DNA from: Chrysomallon squamiferum | Taxonomy: Eukaryota > Animalia > Mollusca | DNA: 64,000 bases | Assembly: GCA_012295275.1 (NCBI GenBank) | Contig: CM022670.1 | Coordinates: 6,200,001-6,264,000, forward strand | Direction of reading: 5' to 3' | Shown: positions 11,018-25,868 of the stretch, in pieces | Position numbering within the stretch: the stretch's first letter is position 1 | Layout of the letters: each line of letters starts with the position of its first letter | The notes under the pieces: model-generated | Databases searched by the model: none | What the model saw: only the letters and a program-made list of their open reading frames with translations | Told to the model about the DNA's origin: nothing | Program-made: the position numbers and the translations under genes

Positions 11018-13117
11018 TTACTACTAAATTGTGCATATAATTCACCATGAAATCACTTTCTTATATTAAGTTATAATTATACTGACTAGTTTTGAAACTG
11101 AACTAACAAGACTGGGTAACCATCCTGGGCATAACAATCGATTTGTCAGATATTTCTTACAAGTATGTACATAACCACTAATCTGTGTTATACCTGAAAC
11201 AAAACAAAGGAATTGATGAAATTTATTTATAATTAACATGAATTTATGGGCCTGTTTTTCAGTTTTGTTCAAGAAGCATGATATAAATTAGTTTACGTGA
11301 TGGCCACAACAAACAGAACAACAGCAATAGCAGCAGCAACAACAACAACGGCTGGTAATATCACTGGTCATAGTAGTAAAACTAGTAGTGGTAGTAACAA
11401 TAATAGGAGCTGTAGTAGTAGTATGGTAGAAGCAGTAGTAGTAGTAGTGGTAATAAGTATAATAATAACAATAATACAACAACTACTATAGCAACAACAA
11501 CAACTACTAATCATAATAATAACTGTAGTAATAGTAAAATATTAGAAGAAGAAGAATAACTACAACAAAACTGCAGTAATGATGATAATAACAGTAATAA
11601 TACATCTAATAACACCACTATTTTTATTCTGATATTCTATTCTGCTGTATATGGAAATCACACAGTGTACACGTGTGTTCTGTAAATATTTATTTTAATT
11701 CTCGAAATTAAAACCCGCATATTTTAAATTCGTTTTGCCGACAGTGAAATAAAACTAACTCTTTGAATTTTAAAGACAGAAAGAGAGAGAGAGGGACAGA
11801 GAGAAGTGGAGAAAGATGTCAGAGGGAGAGATACAGAAAGGAAGAATCAGAGAAACAGATAGAAGCAATAAGAGAAAGTGGGAGGGAGAGAAGAAAGAAA
11901 ATGAATCAGCAGCAGTATATATACAAATAAAAATACATATTTATACACGCATAAATAAAAATACATATTTATCCACACAAAAAAAAAAAAAAACATATAT
12001 ATATATATACACACACAAATAAAAATACATATTTATCCACACAAATAATAAATAAATATTTATATACACAAACATGGACATTAACACACACAAAGAGATA
12101 ACAAAAGCAACAAAAAAGGAAAAAAAAAAAAAAAAAAAAAAATGTATGTTGCAATATTGATCCGGTAACAGTCATTAGATTAAAAACGAGGATTAAAAAT
12201 GTGTCTGCAAACGGCGCTGAGGAAAACCGACACTAATCTCGCTGATGACTTGTCGTTACTGCGCCAGGCGACCATTCCGTCTCCTTCTCGTCAATGCGTC
12301 CCTCGGGAAATGGGTGTTGGCTGGCGGCGGACACGTTGTTGCCACAAATACACGGCATTAATGTAAATGTCCTTCTGAGAATAGCTCAAAGAGTGGTTTA
12401 TTACAAGATTTAAGACTCAGTCCGTCGACACAAAGCTCGGTCACTTGCTGCAGACACAAACTGCTGTGGTTTGATGTATGTAACGCAGAATTGGAATAAC
12501 ACGTGACTGTTTGTTAGTTCAAGTCAAATAGCTGTAACACTGACACAACAGTACTGTGCACTTCTGCATGTATTACAGCAATGCACGCTATGACTACCAG
12601 TACGACGTCTACAAATAGCATCACCTACTGCAGCTACAACAACTGTCCCTATTGAAACTACTACAGTAATTACTAAAATAACAAGAACAAAAGGCATTAA
12701 TATTACTACTACTTCTACCTTAATATTATTACTACAGCTATAATTATTTATTTTACTATAACTATTAATGTCACTATTATTGAAGCTACTACTGCAACTA
12801 CTATTATTATAAGCAGTACTGTTATTATCACTACATTTAATGTTAATATTACTACAGCTTTTACTATTACTACGAATGCTATTAAAACCATCACCACCAA
12901 CAGTACTACTATTACCCCTCTTCTGCTGCTGCTACTACTGCTACTGTTCCTGATTTTATAGAAGTAGCTGATAATTTTATAAACATCTGAGTCGTATTTT
13001 TTTTTTTATCGATTAATAATAACAAAAATAAATGTAACAACTACTTCAGATTCATCATAATCATCAGTAACAACAACAATAATAATAACAATAATAATAA
13101 TTATGATGATGATGACG

Positions 13118-13165
<48 letters not shown>

Positions 13166-13509
13166 GAAGATAATAAAATGAGCATACGTACAAGAAAAAA
13201 ATGACTATGACATCGCCTTCTTTATTAATCTAAAATAATTATTATTTTGAAAGTCATTTTCGTTTTAAATTCATTTATTCTAATTGATATTCAAATAGTC
13301 TAGATTTAATATATTTACGTTGGCAAAACTCTTGTTTTAGAAAGACTTCGTAAAAAAGTTATAATTATTATTTTAAAAGTATTTTAACTTTTGAACGTGC
13401 TTAAAGAGAGAGAGAGAGAGAGAGAAAAAAAAAAAAATAAAGAAGAAAAAGAAATACCGTAGAATAAAAATAAAAATTTATATCTTTGTTTATTTTCACC
13501 TTTGATTTT

Positions 13510-13552
<43 letters not shown>

Positions 13553-14254
13553 TTTTTGATTATTATTGTTTTTATAAATATATATTTTTTCATTCAATTT
13601 TTTTTTTTTTTAAATAATTACAAAAAACTCAGTGTTTGGGTATTTTATATAAATTTGAACAACTGTTATCATTAGATCCACCAAAGCTGTGTGTATAAAT
13701 ATTGTCATACATGTACATATATTATTTTCTGTTAATAATTTACTTCTGTTTACAAGTAAATTCTCTCTGAGCGTATAGAGCATTGCAGCAGACGATTTAC
13801 ATTTTAGCTCCTCCTTCTTTTTTTCCCCGTTGTCAGTAAAATCCATCAGCCAATGAAATTCACGATCCGCCTTAATGGCCAGCCCATGTGTAATATCGAT
13901 CGACCTGTTTCCGACGAGAAGAAGGGAAAGTTCGATACAAAAGAATGAAAGGTAAGCTGACTGAACACGAGAAATGTCTTTGTTCAAGACAGGTAATCGA
14001 GAGACGGAAATACCGTTATTCGGAAATCATTACATCAAACATGACGGTGTGTTTTAGGAAGCGATGTGTTTGCTTTCAGTGGATATCTTTATTTAGTCGA
14101 TTACTTTGTGTTTCCGCTATCATTAATGAAAATAAAAATAAAATAGAAAGACACACACACACAGGCACAAAGAAATAATAGAAAAAAAAAAAAGACGAAA
14201 AAAAAAAAAAAAGATTTTAAGGAAATTACTTGACAGTTTTCAAAGTATTACCTG

Positions 14255-14290
<36 letters not shown>

Positions 14291-15639
14291 GTTGTTGTTG
14301 TTGTTGTTGTTGTTGTCGTTGTCGTCGTCGTCGTCGTTGTTGTTAAAATTAATGGATTCAGTGGCTATTTATACTGGTAAGTAATAAATAAATATCTGAC
14401 AATACATCAACTCAAAACTACATCAGACCTTAATTAGAGGTAAACATATCACTATGCCTGTAGTTGTACAACAAGAAACATCACTATTACTATTACTATT
14501 ACCACTACTACTGCTGCTACTACGATTCTCTACCTCCTCCTCCTATTACTATTACTACAACAACCAATACTATTACTATTGCTATTAAAACTACTGCTGC
14601 TGCTGCTGGTGCTGGACCTGGTGCTGCTATCACTGCTACAACTACCAATGTTCTCCTACTATTGCTACAATAACAACAACGCAGACTGTACAGCCGCTCC
14701 TGCTTACTATTACTGCTATTAGTAATATTACTATTAACATTAGCACCATCACTTTTGATGCATTTATATATCACCACGACCACTGCTGCTACAACGACAG
14801 CCGTTACTAACAATAACACATCGGAAGCCTCAGCTCGAATTAATTAGTAAAAAAGTATAATTTCGTAACTACTAAAAAGGCTCGAAATTAACCGAAAGTG
14901 AACGATAACATGCAATTTCCGCACCATGTCACGTGATCCGCCATATTGATTTGCACGTGCAGGACATAGCTCCCAGGAGAGACGGAAATAAAGTGTCGGA
15001 AATATTGTTGCTCGGCTGATGGCGACATTTCTATAATTACTGTGTTTGCGGACAGCACAGTGCCAATATCAAAGAGAGAAAACAATCAGCCCATCAAAGT
15101 ATGATTTCCCCTCCACGCGAGCACGTGCGACGCGCGAGAGGCCAAGACGAAAGATGATATATTTTTTTTTTTCCACAATTGCCTTTTCGCAAAATCTGCA
15201 AATCGCAGGTGTTGGAAGTGAGGGTGTTAATAGATTGGTCGTGTGGCTGTACGCCATACCAGCGTAATCCACGAGAAAGACAACTCAATGTTTTAATCTG
15301 CTGCTGCGAGTAGAACGAAAATCAAGCAGAAAATAAAATACTGAGGTAATAAAATGTTCTCCCTGTTAATACAGTAGAGATTGGGAAAAAAGATTTTTCG
15401 AAATAACATTGATAATAATAGTAACAATCGTATTAGAACGACAAGTGTGTTTTAATTAATGCGAGACAGATTGAAGTTTACTTTAGAGGGATAATCGCGA
15501 TTTGGTTTTATTTATTTAAGATCTAAGTTTTTGTGTAAACCTGACTAACAGTACACACGCTAACGTCATGTTCTGAATTATATGTGAATCTGAAATTCAG
15601 CTGTGCTGTTATGATCATTGTAAGATTAGGAATAAAATT

Positions 15640-16140
15640 AACTACTGTTGCTGCTGCTACCACTACTACCACTGCTACTACTATCACAGTTGTCACTACT
15701 AATAATACTCCAATTACAACAACTGATAATGCTATTACTACTGCTACTACTACTGCTATTACCACTACTACCAGTGCAACTACTATCTCATTAATTACTA
15801 CTAATTATACTCCAATTACAGCTACTGTTACTGCTATTACTGCTTCTACTATTTCTACTATTATTACCATTACTACTACTGTTACTACTACTACTGCTAC
15901 TAACATTACCATTACTATTATTACTATTACAACTGCTGCTAGTACTTTTACTACTGTTACTTGACTATTACTGCTGCTTCTAATCCGACTACTACTACTC
16001 TACTACTACCAATTAATATTACTACTACTGTTGCTACTGTTTCTGTTACTATAATACTACAGTTATAAGTTTTATTATAAATATTACCTATGCTCTACTG
16101 CTACTACTATTATTACTTTTACCACTGCCTTTATTATTTT
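15640..16140. repeat. Degenerate (ACT/ATT)n trinucleotide low-complexity tract; similar tracts at ~12620-12950, 14480-14820, 40920-41210, 42520-43040, 56870-57200, 58620-58860, 59810-60280
   Basis: Directly visible; source of the poly-Thr/Val/Ser/Tyr ORFs. Confidence 0.9.
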
Positions 16141-17320
16141 ATTTTTATTTACTAATACTAATGTTAAGAAATCCATTAATTACCCCAAACCTGTTACACT
16201 TACATATTACAGTCAACCTTTATTAATAGCAAAAATTGATCCTAGTTAAAATAAAGAAATCAACAGGAAACACACAAAACATATTTACATAATTACATAA
16301 AAACTGTTTTTCTAAATTATTAAATATAAATCGAGTAATTTGATATTTATGACATTTTGTTTTCTTTCTTTCTTTTTATTTTATTTAAACATTTAAGGCT
16401 TTGTTTTTATGTATTTCTATTTGTAATAATTTGATTTATGTATTTATTTTTAATTAACATAAATAAACAAAAATAAATAAAAACTTTCTAATGAAAACGA
16501 AAATATAAATAAAACTAAAGAAAAAAAAAATAAAAGGAAAAGAAAACAAATGTGAAGTAAAAAGAGAAAAGTAAGAAAGAAAAGAAAACATAATGATCAA
16601 TAAAAAAAAAAATAAAAAAATAAAAATAATAAAATAAAAAATAATAATAATGGGGAAAATGAACAACAATAAAAAAAAAAAAAACACAACGTTTTGTACA
16701 ACCAGGAACCCAAACATACGTGATTTAACGAAATGATCATCGTTCAAGCCGAACTTACCCGATGACATACGTTAATGATTTCGTGAAGCGTAAACCAGTG
16801 AACCGCGAATTATCGGCAATTGACGGCGTGAGACGAGTGCGCGCACGGCTAGTAATGGCTCGTTTTCATAGCCGGCCACTCGCCTACACAATACACTGCC
16901 ATATGTTCACACCAAGATCTCTTCCCGTAATGGCAAATATTAAACCAATTTAATTATTGCAGTAAATGAGCTGAAGTCTCAATTGGAAACATTCAGTTCA
17001 CGTTCTCTAGGATCACCTTTAAATCATTTTTGTTTTAGCTAATTATACACGTTTAACAATCCTTGCTTTTCTTGCCATTGCAATTATAATTTTTTTTTTT
17101 TTTTGTTTTGAAACTAAACTTTCATCTGGACATCAATAAACATATGTACACTTATATATATATAGCGAGTTGGACAGACATATAGATAGATACAGAGACA
17201 TTCACAAATTCAGGACAAAATGTCAAAAATATTTCTAATTTTTTGTAGTTTATGTCATATGAAAACAAATAATGGAAAAAAAATGAGCAAAAATTAAATT
17301 AGAACATGACAGGAGACACA

Positions 17321-17366
<46 letters not shown>

Positions 17367-18194
17367 CAGACTCACGTGTAAACTATGGGTTGGTAAACTG
17401 AACAATAAAACGTTATTAATTAATATTATTATTTAAACAAATAAAAACAGATGTTTATTTTTCAATATATTTGTATCATTATATCCAAAACACGAAAAAA
17501 AATGATATTAAGCAAGTGTTATAAAATATGATTATTTTACTTTACTCTGTCATAAATATACAACGAAAACTTCAAGAATCTGCAAATAAACATTTTTTTT
17601 GGTTATAGTTATTTATTATGAAATCATGAGCAATAAGGACTGAAAACAGTATTTGTTACATACACTCAGAGAAAAAAAAAATAAAAAAATAAAAAAATAA
17701 AAAGAATTAACAATAAAACTATAAATGTCTGAGAATTTCTAATTATAAGCATATCTTGTGCAATTTTAGTTTTCGTTCATAACATTCCTGCTGCAAATAA
17801 TTTATGACTAATCACTGCTGTATTTTATACGAAAATAAAAATTTTAATTTTTAAATATATTACAAAAGTTCATCGATCAGAAAATGTTCATAATTTATTT
17901 TAGTTTCTTTTATTGTTTTCAAAATGAACAATGAAAATTATATTATATAATATATATATATATATATAGATATTATTTTTTTATTGTGAAAGAGCTGAAC
18001 AAACATGTAAAAGCATATTATGTTTGTGTTTTATTGAAGGTATAAAAAAAATGATTAGCTGTTAGTGTTTGACAATTATTGCGTGCAGCGTTCTCTGAAA
18101 GTCGAGATTTCTGTTCTAACACAGCAACAGTGAAAACTAGAATTAATTATGAGAAGTGCTTTTATTGTTTTCAATTCCCGAATGTAATATTCCA

Positions 18195-18196
<2 letters not shown>

Positions 18197-18278
<82 letters not shown>
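18197..18278. repeat. (GA)n microsatellite; others at ~19283-19329, 39570-39696, 57623-57693 (CT)n, 60679-60734, 61917-61983
   Basis: Directly visible. Confidence 0.95.
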
Positions 18279-18284
<6 letters not shown>

Positions 18285-19281
18285 GACAAAGAGATCTAAA
18301 TTAGAATTTTCTGCAAAGCTCTGCGCTTCTCGTGGGACAGCTAGGATCAGAAATAGCTACATTACTTGTAAGTTAATCTGGATTAAGCGTTCACTTTTCT
18401 GAGCTGACGAACGAAATTTCACGAACAAATTTCTCGACATGTTATGGAACCATAGGGTGTCATTTGACGTTAATTAGTCTGTCAAACCCTAATCAGACTG
18501 GGTCGAGTCAGACGGCGAACAAACAGCATGATTCGCCAGCATCTTTCCAGTGTCAAATTTCAATCACCGTCGTCGCCATCTTGGACAAACTAATACGACA
18601 AACAAATTCTAAAACCGTAAATTATGTCAAAAAAACAAACAAACAAATAATAATAAAATAAAAATAAAAATAAGAAAATAATAAAATTTATTTTTATATC
18701 TTCTTTGTTTTCCATTGCTGAAACATTCCAAGAATTATTGGGCTTTCATTTGTCTGCGTGGTTGCTGTTTCGTATTGTAAAGCTATACTTTCGTATTCTA
18801 TAGCCATAGTTTCGTATTCTATAACCGCAGTTTCGCCAATATGAAGCATAAGCTTTGATGAATTCTCGCGGGACGTTCTTTAGTCTGTTTTTTTTAGTTT
18901 TGTATGTGGTAATCGATGGTGGTAAGGTTTAGTTGTGAGAGAAAGGCTCGTTTCTGCACAGTATTGACTTGACTATGCTAATCAGAATTAGACCTAGATA
19001 CAGCTTAATATAGAAATTTAAATACCAACAGTATTATATTCTCGATACCTTTCACTAGGTCGTTCTTTTAGGTTTGCAAGTTTTATTTATTTAGATCTTT
19101 GTACTTATCATATTTTTTTTCTGAAATTTAAAACAAAAAAGGTGGGAAAACCGTACCAAACAACAACAACAACAACAACAAAAAAAACCTATTGTTTAAA
19201 ATGTTATTAAAAGAAGGTCATATGTAACTGAATCATCATGAAATCATTTTGTACAGATATATATATATATATATATATATT

Positions 19282-19335
<54 letters not shown>

Positions 19336-21006
19336 CATAATACTAAAAACAATCATAAAATGATCTGTTGGCGATCTTGTCAAAATGGCGGCACCCCATG
19401 CTAGGAAGCGCGCGATGCAGGTGGCTGGCGGGAAAACTCTCGTGTCGGAATACTGTAGCTAATTTCCTCTCGACTTCCTGCCAACAGCGTGATCGTTACA
19501 GGCGCCGTGGTTGTTGCAAATTATCACAACTTCCTACATTAAAGCGATTTTCTTTGTGACAAATATCGAGATGGCACACAACTGGAAGCAGACGAACACA
19601 ACTGGACGCAGACGAATACAAATGTCGGACAGTGATAATGGTCACTTTCAGATGACCAAGATAACATCTACTAAATGATTTTTGATTGATTTATGTTTTC
19701 TCTAAGACACTCCATAGAAATAACAGCAAATAAACCACAGAGTAATGCTGATGTCTTAGTGAAGTGTTATATTATGTGAAAATAGATATCAGCGCTTTGA
19801 TAGAAATTAATTTAAAAACTAATGCAGAAATATGTCCTACAACAACAATAACGACAACTATATACAAATAATAAGAAGAACAATAAATAAATAAATAAAT
19901 AAATTAAAATGACAACAAACAAACATATAAATAAATAAATAAATAAATATATTTACCCACCCCCAAAAAAACAACAGACAACTCAAGCAACAAATGGTTT
20001 TCAGTGATTAATAATCAGTTTAAAACTTGTTTAAATTATTTTACTTATCTTTGAATCATAAGTAATATATATATGTGTGAGTAATCTTCTTTTGTTGTTT
20101 TCCTAAATTTATTTATTTAATTTATGTGATTATTTTCAAACTTCCATTATGATGTGAAAGTTTCTAGCCAGAGAGGACAAACTTGGTACAGATTGCTAGA
20201 GGAATTCTAACTGGCCACAAGATCGCTATAGATTTCACTCTGTGACTATATTTTTACTTGACAGGAATTTTACATTCATACAATTTTAACCATTTTTTTT
20301 TTTTTTTTTTTAAATTAAAAAAAAATATTTTTATTTCGGTTTAACAACTTAATTTCTTATTATAGGCATGGTACGAACAATGTACTACAAGTAATACAGG
20401 AACCAACCGCTGTATATAATACGAAAACCAAAGTTAGTATTTTTGATTTTTTAAAATTTTATTATTATTATTATTATTATTAAAAAAAAAAAAAAAAAAA
20501 ATTAATTAGTTTGTGTTTTTGTGTGTGTGAGTGAGTGTGTGTGCGTGTGTGTAACATTCTATATATAAATAATACAATTAATCTTTCACCGTCTACAGGC
20601 AATTTTCTTCAATCACGCAAAAAAAAAAAAAAAAAAAAAACCCTCAACGTTTTCTGAATAACTAACAATCTTCTTTACTCACGTTCTTATGATAATTTTA
20701 ACATTTTATATACGTATATATTGTTGTGTATTTCGCTCGCTCTCACTCTCCTATAACTAACACAACTTACCTGACTTACATCGTCACAATGTAACATTTT
20801 CAAATAAAACCTCTTACAGCGGTAAACACAAACAATTTCACACAATACAACATTAACTGCACCTTATTTCTGTTGAAGTATGTGATATACGATCTAAAAA
20901 TATCTTATGAATGACATCAAACAATTAAATGACGTCACCTAATTTAAACAGATCTTAAGAACCTTTGACTATTCTTTTCCACACTCTCCAAATGTAAGTG
21001 TCTATA

Positions 21007-21037
<31 letters not shown>

Positions 21038-21109
21038 TTATTATTTATTACTGTTTTCATATTGTACACAGACAGTAATATATATATATATATATATATA
21101 TGTACATAA

Positions 21110-21542
21110 TGCTATGAATTATTCATCGAATTTAAATTTAGTTCATTATGGGGATACAGAGAGACAGACATCCTATTAAAATATTCATATATTGTGTCTG
21201 TTTGTATTTATGTATCAAGTAAACTGTTTATTTATCTGTGTATGCATGTATGCCTACATGTGTCTGTATGTCTGTGTGTACAATATAAAAACAATTATAA
21301 ATAATAATAAATCCATGTTTTACGGAATTAAGAGAAATAAAAAATTCATTTAGCAAAACATATATAATAATACATCTCGTATATAATAATAATAAATGAC
21401 AGTATGCTTAATAATATTTTAAATCAAAAGAAGAGAGAACAATTTTTAAAATTTTGATCGAAATTTCGTAAAAATGTTTTAGAAATAAATGACTAATTTC
21501 TTTTAAACAAATTTACATATATTATTGTTATTTCTGTTTATG

Positions 21543-21620
<78 letters not shown>

Positions 21621-21657
21621 TAATTTATTTATTATTAGTTTATTACTATCATCATTC

Positions 21658-21691
<34 letters not shown>

Positions 21692-22015
21692 GAGTTGATG
21701 GTTATACAATCGGTCATACACACATATAATTATGTGTAAACAGATAATTGGTGACGATGATTTAAAAACAACAACACTAACAGCAACAACTAAAAACAAT
21801 AACTACGATAGAAGAAATTAAATGAAAAAAAAAAAAAAAAAAAAAATAATAAACATAGCAATATGTATTTCTGAAAGTCTAGCACAGATCAGAATTTTTT
21901 ATTTGAAATTATGCAGCCGAATTTGGGATAAAAAACTAGCAAAAGAATGTTCAGTCATAATCAAAAATAAATAAGAAATTAACAAAATACCAACAACAAC
22001 AACAACAATAGTATT

Positions 22016-22050
<35 letters not shown>

Positions 22051-22098
22051 TAATAATGATGATATAATAATAATGATGATAATATAATAATAATGATG

Positions 22099-22149
<51 letters not shown>

Positions 22150-22566
22150 GCAAAAATTAATAAATTTTAAAAGAAATTAGTCATTTTTTGTTTACATTTA
22201 TTTCAAAATCATTTCTATACGAAATTCAGGGCAAAAATTTAATATTGTTCTCTTCTGTTTTTATTTAAAATGTTATTATTTATTCTTGTTATCTATTATT
22301 ATTATGTCTAAGATATCTATCTATATATATATATATATGTACATAAATACATATATAGATAAAACATAAAATATAAAATACATACCTTCATATGTGTTTA
22401 TGTGTATGTATATATATTTACATATACACATACGAAGATAAAATATAACATATAAAATACATATATGCAGACACAAACAAAAACGTGTATGAATATTTTA
22501 ACAGAATGTCTGTCTGTCTGTATACCCATATTGTACTATATTTAAATCTTATAAATAATTCACAAC
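21110..22566. repeat. Large diverged inverted repeat (foldback), arms ~21110-21690 and ~21990-22566
   Basis: The reverse complement of 22460-22563 aligns to 21113-21210, and that of 22160-22320 aligns to 21360-21515. The inner (att)n/(gtt)n tracts are mirrored by (aat)n/(aac)n. Confidence 0.8.
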
Positions 22567-23159
22567 GTGATATTTTTCTACGCTGACTCCGAAATGGATG
22601 TTAGTGTATTTTTATGGCGGCTATTAACAGTATCGGGACAGATGTTTCAGAAAAGAAACTCGTCGAAAAGTTACCAATTAGCTTAATGACGGGTTGTTTC
22701 ACTAACACTCCCAGCGCCGAGATTTCGTGACGGTGTTATCCCGTCTCGAGAGGGGTACAAATTACAGGGTGGGCCGGACAGCAGTTAAACAGTCTTTGTT
22801 GCTAGTTTGTAAAGAAAGAAATGATGTTTGAGAATTGAATAATGTTTAGTGTAGTTAACTGAGGCTAATAGGAGGTTGTGTCTGTGATCATACAGTTCAT
22901 ACACTCATCACAGACAGCAAAACAAGTCAAAGATGTGTCTTGAGTCCCTGGACGGTTGTCTGAAATGTCCGTCAGTCTGTCAGTTTGTAAGTTAATCTAT
23001 TCTTAATTCATTCCATCATCCAGTCCTTCTCGAATTCGTTTTGCACAAAAACTTCCTTGTACTGACCCACTCACTCATTTACTCTTCTTTCATTCAGTCG
23101 CTCTTTCTTTCATTCACTCGCTCTTTCATTCATTCCCTTATTATGGCTGAATTATTAAT

Positions 23160-23620
23160 GACAGTGACAATGACTTTATTCTCATAAACTGTAGGATTAC
23201 AGTACAGAGAAGATTACAAATGTATAACAACAAAATTAAAATCAAAATGCATCTGCACGGAAGTTTAACGTGGAGGACATAGTCTCTCACGTACAGTTCT
23301 TATTAACAAACATAATTCTTTTTATATAAACATATTTTTGCTATTAAAACCCATTATTATTGAAAATATTTTTGGCTGACTCATATATTTATTGATATGT
23401 CTTTTCTCGCATTTAATAATATAGGATAATACATTCAAATATATAGTGATACTCATCTTCAATTTTGCCAAGATTACAAATTCAGCATTTTCTATTTTCT
23501 CTTTGAATATTAAAACTATCGTCCAGTTTCAATAGGAAGGTTAACATTAGGGCTTTAAAATTTACACAAGACATTGACATTCTTTTGAGACAGTACAGTA
23601 AGATAATTTTCTAATTTCAA
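23160..23620 (-). mobile_element. Decayed, 5'-truncated non-LTR retrotransposon (LINE) 3' end encoding the ORF2 C-terminal CCHC region
   Basis: The minus strand translates, with stops and frameshifts, to LENYLTVLSQKN..LCKF..NLPIETGR..NIQRENRKC*ICNLGKIEDEYHYIFEC. This is typical of invertebrate LINE ORF2 C-termini. It ends in aataaagtcattgtcactgtc (polyA signal plus short tandem tail). Confidence 0.8.
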
Positions 23621-25823
23621 TTCATTTTAAAAAAAAAAAAAATTATTATTAAATATCTTAGGAGTGATTTCGGTTTTATTTTTCCATATTTTATTCACTC
23701 ATACGCATATTCAGTCACTCGCTCACTGAAACTCACACTCCAAGACCCTCACCAAGCCATACACTGACTCACTGACTGATTTACTCACTCACTCGTTCAC
23801 TCACATTCTAAGACATTTACATATTGACTCACTCAAGACTACACAAACACAACAACCACTTACTGATACAGTGCAATGTCAGTAACTTTGTGATACAACG
23901 TCGTAACCTTTGTGTTGAAACAACCACACCGAGAACTGAAAACAACAAAAAACACCACCACGATGTAACCATGGGAGGATCCAGCAGTTCTGAAAAGAGA
24001 GGCCATTGTTTTGAATATAACATGCATTAGTCTAAGAAATAAAAAGATCGTTAAGGGATAGCGTAGGTCTCTTTTTTCTTAGGTCCCGCGCCTCGCTCAG
24101 TCACTACACAAAACAATGCGTGTTTGTACAGGAGAGATCGAAACAGTCACAGTAAAATACCGCTAGCCTAACTGTTAATTAAAAATGAGAGCCAGATGTA
24201 ACTAAATAACGGTACGTTATACCACGATTAAAAAGAGAAAATACGTGAATGTTTTGTAGACCTTTTCATTTTTAAAACATTTTAACATAACCTGACAGTG
24301 TTTTATACAAACAGTATCCGTAAAATATTTTATTTGTTTAAAAAAAAAAAAAAAAAATAAATAACATATAGTATATCCCATGTCCTCACACACACCATCA
24401 CACAGATGTTTTATATTAGAGATGTACAGTTTATAATTATGGTTATTATTATTAAAAATTAATTTTTATATAGCTGAGATTAAATTACGTTGTTATTTAT
24501 TTATTTATTTTATTTGTTTATACATTAAAATTTATATAAAGATTCAAAACTGATATGAAAATTAATATTTCATTAAAATAAGATATATCAGAATCTTTAA
24601 AACTATGTTTATGGAAATAATATAATCAAGAAATTAATAGTAATACTTAATCAAATTCATTCATAATGTTTTTATTAGTCTATAAATCTATAATCTATAA
24701 ATCATATGCAAATAATAACCTGAACAAAGATTGGGTAAAAACCGACAAAAGTTCAGAATCAATAAAATAAAAATAATAAAAAAAACAACGACAAAAAAAC
24801 AAATAATAAAGAAGAATAAGATATAATAAATAAAAATTTGTCCTGTTTTATTTTATTTGAAAGATGAGGTGGAAACGTTTCAGATTTTATTTTGTTGTAA
24901 CTACTAAATAAAATTTCATTAATATGTAATAAATCAACGTAAAACCTAAGTGGACAAAGAAAAATTATTTACATAACAATATTCGTTATTTTGTTGTTTT
25001 GTTATTATTATTATTATTATTATAATATATATATAAATGAGAAATGCAGTTAAATAATAATAATAATAATAAATAATGTATAATAATTCATTGATTAAAA
25101 AGAAAATAACAATTTAACAAACAGATGAACGATAAATTGAACGAACAAATAAACAAACAAATAAATAAATATATAAATAAATAAATAAAAATAAATAAAT
25201 AAATAAATGATAAAAAAATTAAATCTTTACGGATAAAACCTTTTTCCAAATATTTAAAAAACAAACAGTAAGACATTAATATTTTAAAATGCACAACAAC
25301 TATTACAATATAAACATGAAAAAAGATGAAAATGATTTTTCAAAATATTTATTCAAAATTCTAGCCTTGTCAATCTACAATGGCACAATCATATGATATC
25401 GAATATCTGGAGTATTGCACAAAAATTATATTTCATTTTAACACAGTGAAGAAAAAATACATTGAACGCTTGTTTTGAATACAGGTAAAAATAACAACAA
25501 CCATTAAATAATAAAAAATAAAATATATTAATATTACTTATATTTCTATATTATAAATAATAGAACATTTGCATGCCTTAGTGTGTGTTTTATTTAAACA
25601 AATAAATGGAAACTAGTAAAACGAGTTCATTATTATGACTTATTTATTTTTCTGATTACATATTCACTAAATTTTGTGTTTGTGTGTGTATGTGTGTGTG
25701 TGTGTGTGTGTTTCTAGATGTGCATTTAAATAAATAAATAATATTATATATTAATATTACTCATTTATCTTTCAGATACATATTATATATATAACATTAT
25801 GTGTCTATTCATGTGTACACGTG

Positions 25824-25868
<45 letters not shown>

